A stretch of 64,000 nucleotides of DNA from Candidatus Poribacteria bacterium (GTDB taxonomy: Bacteria > Poribacteria > WGA-4E > WGA-3G), in contig CBDBFU010000014.1 of assembly GCA_965205025.1 (NCBI GenBank), positions 224,001-288,000 of the forward strand, in the 5' to 3' direction. The notes beneath the pieces are model-generated. The model searched no databases and had not been told where the DNA came from. It worked only from the letters and a program-made list of their open reading frames with translations. The position numbers and the translations under genes were made by a program. Below, one piece after another: positions 59,731 through 64,000 of the stretch. How positions within the stretch are numbered: position 1 is the first letter of the stretch; every line of letters starts with the position of its first letter.

Positions 59731-61014
59731 ATGCAGAGAACACTCCTACGTAATGGACACATCATTGATCCCGTTAATGATATAGATGAAGTGGGTGATA
59801 TTCTGATTGTTGATGGTAAAATTGCCCAGGTTGGTGGCAATATCCAAGTAGATATTGATGATGTAAGAGATGCAACTAATTTGACAGTCACCCCCGGTCT
59901 GATTGACATACATGTGCATCTACGTGAACCCGGATTAGAACATAAAGAAACAATATCTACTGGCACAGCCGCAGCAGCAGCAGGTGGGTTTACATCTGTT
60001 GTATGTATGGCGAATACATCACCAGTGACAGATACTCCAGATAGAGTAAAGCACATTTACAACATTGCAACAGATATCACAAGACAACAAGGCACTTCTA
60101 CTGCAAATGTATTCACGGTAGGAAGTATAACTAAGGATCTTTCAGGAGAAGAACTGACTGATATAAATGGAATGCTTTCAGCAGGTGCAGTTGGATTTAG
60201 CGATGATGGCGTTACCGTTATGAATTCCGCACTTATGTGTGATGTGTTGAGATTAAGTGCAGAACTAAACTTTCCAGTGATGGTCCATTGTGAAGAACAC
60301 AATCTTAATGCTGGTGCTGTGATGAATCTTGGTGAAACTTCACGGAAATTGAACCTCGTTGGCAGCCCGAATGCTGCAGAAGATATAATTGTTGCACGGG
60401 ATATTATGTTAGCAGAATTTACAGGTGGACACATTCATATACTTCACGTTAGCACTGCAGGAGCAGTTGATTTGGTTAGATGGGGAAAGCAGAGAGGGGT
60501 AAACATCACAGCTGAAGCATGCCCACACCACTGGATTCTCACGGATGAAGAGGTAGAGAAACAGGGAACGAATGCCAAGATGCACCCACCATTAAGATCT
60601 CAAACAGATATTGAAGCTATTCTTCTTGGTTTACAGGATGGAACAATAGATGCAATCACTACAGACCATGCACCCCATACACCTGAAGAGAAAACACTTG
60701 GTATGGTGGATGCACCCAACGGAATAATAGGACTTGAAACAAGCTTACCCCTTGTTATGACAACTCTTGTTGAAAATGGACATCTTTCTTTGAAGGATGC
60801 GATTGCCAAAATGTCATATATTCCAGCAAATATCGTTGGAATTGATAGAGGAACACTTTCCATCGGGGCAATAGCAGATATAACATTAATTGACACACAA
60901 AAAATTGATAAAGTAAACGTTGAGAATTCTCTCTCTAAAAGTAGGAATACACCTTTCAATGGTTGGGAGTTAAAAGGATGGTCTATACAGACTATCAGAG
61001 ATGGAATATTTTAA
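59731..61014 (+). CDS. pyrC: Dihydroorotase
   Basis: DIHVHLREPG, HCEE, TDHAPH and SKSRNTPF motifs. Confidence 0.96.
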   Translation: MQRTLLRNGHIIDPVNDIDEVGDILIVDGKIAQVGGNIQVDIDDVRDATNLTVTPGLIDIHVHLREPGLEHKETISTGTAAAAAGGFTSVVCMANTSPVTDTPDRVKHIYNIATDITRQQGTSTANVFTVGSITKDLSGEELTDINGMLSAGAVGFSDDGVTVMNSALMCDVLRLSAELNFPVMVHCEEHNLNAGAVMNLGETSRKLNLVGSPNAAEDIIVARDIMLAEFTGGHIHILHVSTAGAVDLVRWGKQRGVNITAEACPHHWILTDEEVEKQGTNAKMHPPLRSQTDIEAILLGLQDGTIDAITTDHAPHTPEEKTLGMVDAPNGIIGLETSLPLVMTTLVENGHLSLKDAIAKMSYIPANIVGIDRGTLSIGAIADITLIDTQKIDKVNVENSLSKSRNTPFNGWELKGWSIQTIRDGIF

Positions 61015-61041
61015 TAATACCATAAAATAAAGAGGTATAAA

Positions 61042-62177
61042 ATGAAAGCAATACTTGCATTAGCTGATGGAACCGTATTTGAAGGTGAACAATTCGGTGC
61101 AACTGGAGAAACTGTAGGTGAAGTCGTATTCAACACCAGCATGACAGGCTATCAAGAAGTACTTACTGATCCGTCATATAAGGCACAGATTGTTACAATG
61201 ACATATCCTCTTATTGGTAATTACGGATGCAACGAAGTTGACATAGAATCTATTTGTGCACAGGTTGAAGGATTTGTTGTCCGTGAATATAGTACATATC
61301 ATAGCAATTGGCGTTCACAATGGAGTTTAGAGGAATACTTAGTAAGACATAACATTATTGGTATACAGAATATTGATACACGTGCCCTTACACGTCGTTT
61401 ACGTGTAGAAGGTGTAATGAATGGATGTCTCGCAACAGAACACACAGACGAAAAACTTGACCCAGAATGCTTAATTGACAAAGCACGGGCATGGCACGGC
61501 CTGATTGGACAAGATCTTGTGCAACGCGTCACTTGTCCAAATACATACGCTTGGTCAGAACAGCATTCTGCCACTGGTTTCGAAAATGGTGATTCTCCAC
61601 ACAATGATAAAATATATAATGTAATAGCACTTGATTTCGGTGTCAAGTACAATATTCTAAGACAGTTGACAGAACATGGTTGTGATGTTCAGGTAGTTCC
61701 AGCAAATACAACCGCAGATGAAATACTTGATTCTAATCCTGACGGTATTTTTCTTTCAAATGGTCCAGGAGATCCAATGCCGTTGGAATATGCAACAAAA
61801 ACAATACGTGATCTAATTGGTAAAAAGCCGTTATTTGGTATCTGTTTGGGACATCAATTATTGAGTCTTGCACTTGGTGGCAAAACATATAAGCTTAAGT
61901 TCGGACACAGGGGAGCGAATCAGCCTGTGAAATTTATAGAAACCGATCAGGTCGAAATAACTTCTCAAAATCACGGTTTCTGTGTAGATATTGATTCACT
62001 ACCAAATAATGTAGATATCACACATATCAATTTGAATGATAATACACTTGAAGGAATTCAACATAGAGAATATCCCGCTTTTTCGGTACAGTATCACCCT
62101 GAAGCATCACCAGGTCACATGACGCAAGTTATCTCTTTTCACATTTTACTAAAATGATGGACAAACACGCAATATAA
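61042..62177 (+). CDS. carA: Carbamoyl-phosphate synthase small subunit (apparent frameshift at about 62116)
   Basis: [20 protein letters not shown] and GICLGHQ motifs; QYHPEASPG continues in shifted frame as HDASYLF. Confidence 0.95.
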
Positions 62178-62252
62178 TATGTATACATAGTTTGTCAGAT
62201 TAAAATCTTACAAGCATCAGACAAATGATAATAACAACTAAATTATAATAAA

Positions 62253-64000
62253 ATGCCAAAACGTACAGATATTAATAAAATCTTAATTATTGGATCAGGT
62301 GCAATAATAATCGGTCAAGCGTGCGAATTCGATTATTCAGGCACGCAAGCATGTAAAGCACTGAAAGAGGAAGGCTATGAAATTATATTAGTCAATAGTA
62401 ATCCCGCCACTATTATGACAGATCCAGATTTTGCTGATCGAACCTATGTTGAACCCATCACATCGGACACTGTTGAACTCATCATAGATAAAGAACGTCC
62501 CGATGCTTTATTGCCAACACTCGGTGGACAAACTGCACTAAATGTGTCTGTTGAACTTGCTGAATCAGGTATACTTAACAAATATAATGTTGAACTCATT
62601 GGGGCAAAATTACACGCAATTCAAAAGGCAGAAGATCGTGCTCTATTTAAAGATGCAATGAAAAAAATCGGTTTGGATGTGCCTTTGAGTGGCATCGCAC
62701 ATACAAATGAAGAAGCAAATGACCTAATAGATGACATTGGATTCCCCGCGATAATTCGTCCTGCATTTACACTCGGCGGTACAGGAGGAGGAATTGCGTA
62801 TAACATAGAAGAATATCAAAAAATGGTGTCTTCAGGACTTGCATTAAGTCCAATTAGTGAACTACTAATTGAGGAATCTATTATTGGATGGAAAGAGTTT
62901 GAATTAGAGGTGATGCGAGATGGAGGAGATAATGTTGTAATCATCTGTTCTATTGAAAACCTTGATCCAATGGGCGTTCATACGGGTGATAGTATCACTG
63001 TTGCTCCAATACAAACTTTGACTGATAAAGAGTATCAATTAATGCGGGACTCCGCCATAAAAATCATACGCGAAATTGGTGTCGATACCGGTGGATCCAA
63101 TATACAATTTGCCGTTGATCCAAAAACAGGAAAACAGGTGGTAATTGAAATGAATCCTCGCGTTTCTCGGAGTTCAGCTCTTGCTTCAAAAGCAACCGGA
63201 TTTCCCATTGCTAAGATTGCTGCCAAGTTGGCTGTCGGATACAATCTTGATGAAATACCAAACGATATTACCGCTGAAACCCCTGCATGTTTTGAACCAA
63301 CTATTGATTATGTGGTCGTAAAAATACCAAGATGGGCTTTTGAGAAATTCCAAGGAACAGATGAAACGCTTACAACTCAGATGAAATCTGTGGGCGAAGC
63401 CATGTCTATTGGCAGAACTTTTAAGGAAGCCTTACAGAAAGGGCTGCGATCCTTAGAAACAGGTTGGTGTGGATTTGATAATCATCCTATTGAAGAATTA
63501 CCACTTTCAGAACTATCCAGTAAATTAACCATACCCAATGTAGAACGTATCTTTTATATTAAATCCGCACTAAAACGGGGTATGTCAATTGACGATATAT
63601 ATTCCTATACTCATATAGATCCTTTCTTCTTGTATAATCTTCAAGAGTTAGTTATTTTTGAGGATCATCTTTCTACACCACAGGCAAAACAGAAAATAGA
63701 AAATGGAGATTCTGACGGTGATGTAGAAAACCTACTTCGACAGGCAAAACAATATGGTTTTTCTGACAGACAACTTGCAGATATTTGTAATCAAACAGAA
63801 TCCGATATTAGAGGAACACGGAAATCCCTTGGTATTGAAGCAACATATAAAACTGTTGATACTTGTGCAGCTGAATTTGAAGCGGAAACTCCATATTACT
63901 ATTCAACCTGCTCAAGTGAGGACGAAGTTCGACCTACTGATAACGATAAAATCATGATTTTAGGTGGTGGTCCAAATCGGATTGGACAAGGTATTGAATT
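62253..64000 (+). CDS. carB: Carbamoyl-phosphate synthase large subunit (runs off window end)
   Basis: [44 protein letters not shown] and [13 protein letters not shown] motifs. Confidence 0.97.
   Translation, partial: MPKRTDINKILIIGSGAIIIGQACEFDYSGTQACKALKEEGYEIILVNSNPATIMTDPDFADRTYVEPITSDTVELIIDKERPDALLPTLGGQTALNVSVELAESGILNKYNVELIGAKLHAIQKAEDRALFKDAMKKIGLDVPLSGIAHTNEEANDLIDDIGFPAIIRPAFTLGGTGGGIAYNIEEYQKMVSSGLALSPISELLIEESIIGWKEFELEVMRDGGDNVVIICSIENLDPMGVHTGDSITVAPIQTLTDKEYQLMRDSAIKIIREIGVDTGGSNIQFAVDPKTGKQVVIEMNPRVSRSSALASKATGFPIAKIAAKLAVGYNLDEIPNDITAETPACFEPTIDYVVVKIPRWAFEKFQGTDETLTTQMKSVGEAMSIGRTFKEALQKGLRSLETGWCGFDNHPIEELPLSELSSKLTIPNVERIFYIKSALKRGMSIDDIYSYTHIDPFFLYNLQELVIFEDHLSTPQAKQKIENGDSDGDVENLLRQAKQYGFSDRQLADICNQTESDIRGTRKSLGIEATYKTVDTCAAEFEAETPYYYSTCSSEDEVRPTDNDKIMILGGGPNRIGQGIE

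Overview
AT-rich bacterial chromosomal window, most likely Candidatus Poribacteria (inferred from three secreted proteins ending in a [AP]VxPxxKL/ITTTWxxI/VK-type tail). Bases 1-36.9 kb are mostly housekeeping and metabolic genes: SDR, folD, ECF sigma/anti-sigma, two CBM9-like paralogs, cysC, tRNA-Gly, mutS2-dnaG-rpoD-tRNA(CAT)-tRNA-Val, thiG, a GlnT-type ligase and a TdeIII-family type II R-M pair. From about 37.2 to 57.9 kb lies a co-oriented defence island: a Type ISP remnant, a PLD-SF2 helicase, a Type IIG/Eco57I-like m6A MTase, an HNH protein, several FRG-TPR/TPR paralogs, a Pycsar pair (PycTIR + PycC) and a small membrane protein. The most unusual signal is that the downstream genes are separated by a recurring 200-300 bp junction. 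It runs from the 3' end of an FRG-TPR gene, through a 9-mer repeat linker, to a degenerate copy of the MTase 3' end, which gives an integrase-free cassette-array architecture. Intergenic regions hold nested MITE/REP elements, including an approximately 34 bp hairpin unit that inserts into other repeats and into itself. The window ends in a PyrR-attenuated pyrR-pyrC-carA-carB operon. Single-base frameshifts in core genes (pyrR, carA) suggest assembly indel errors, so all frameshift calls are tentative.
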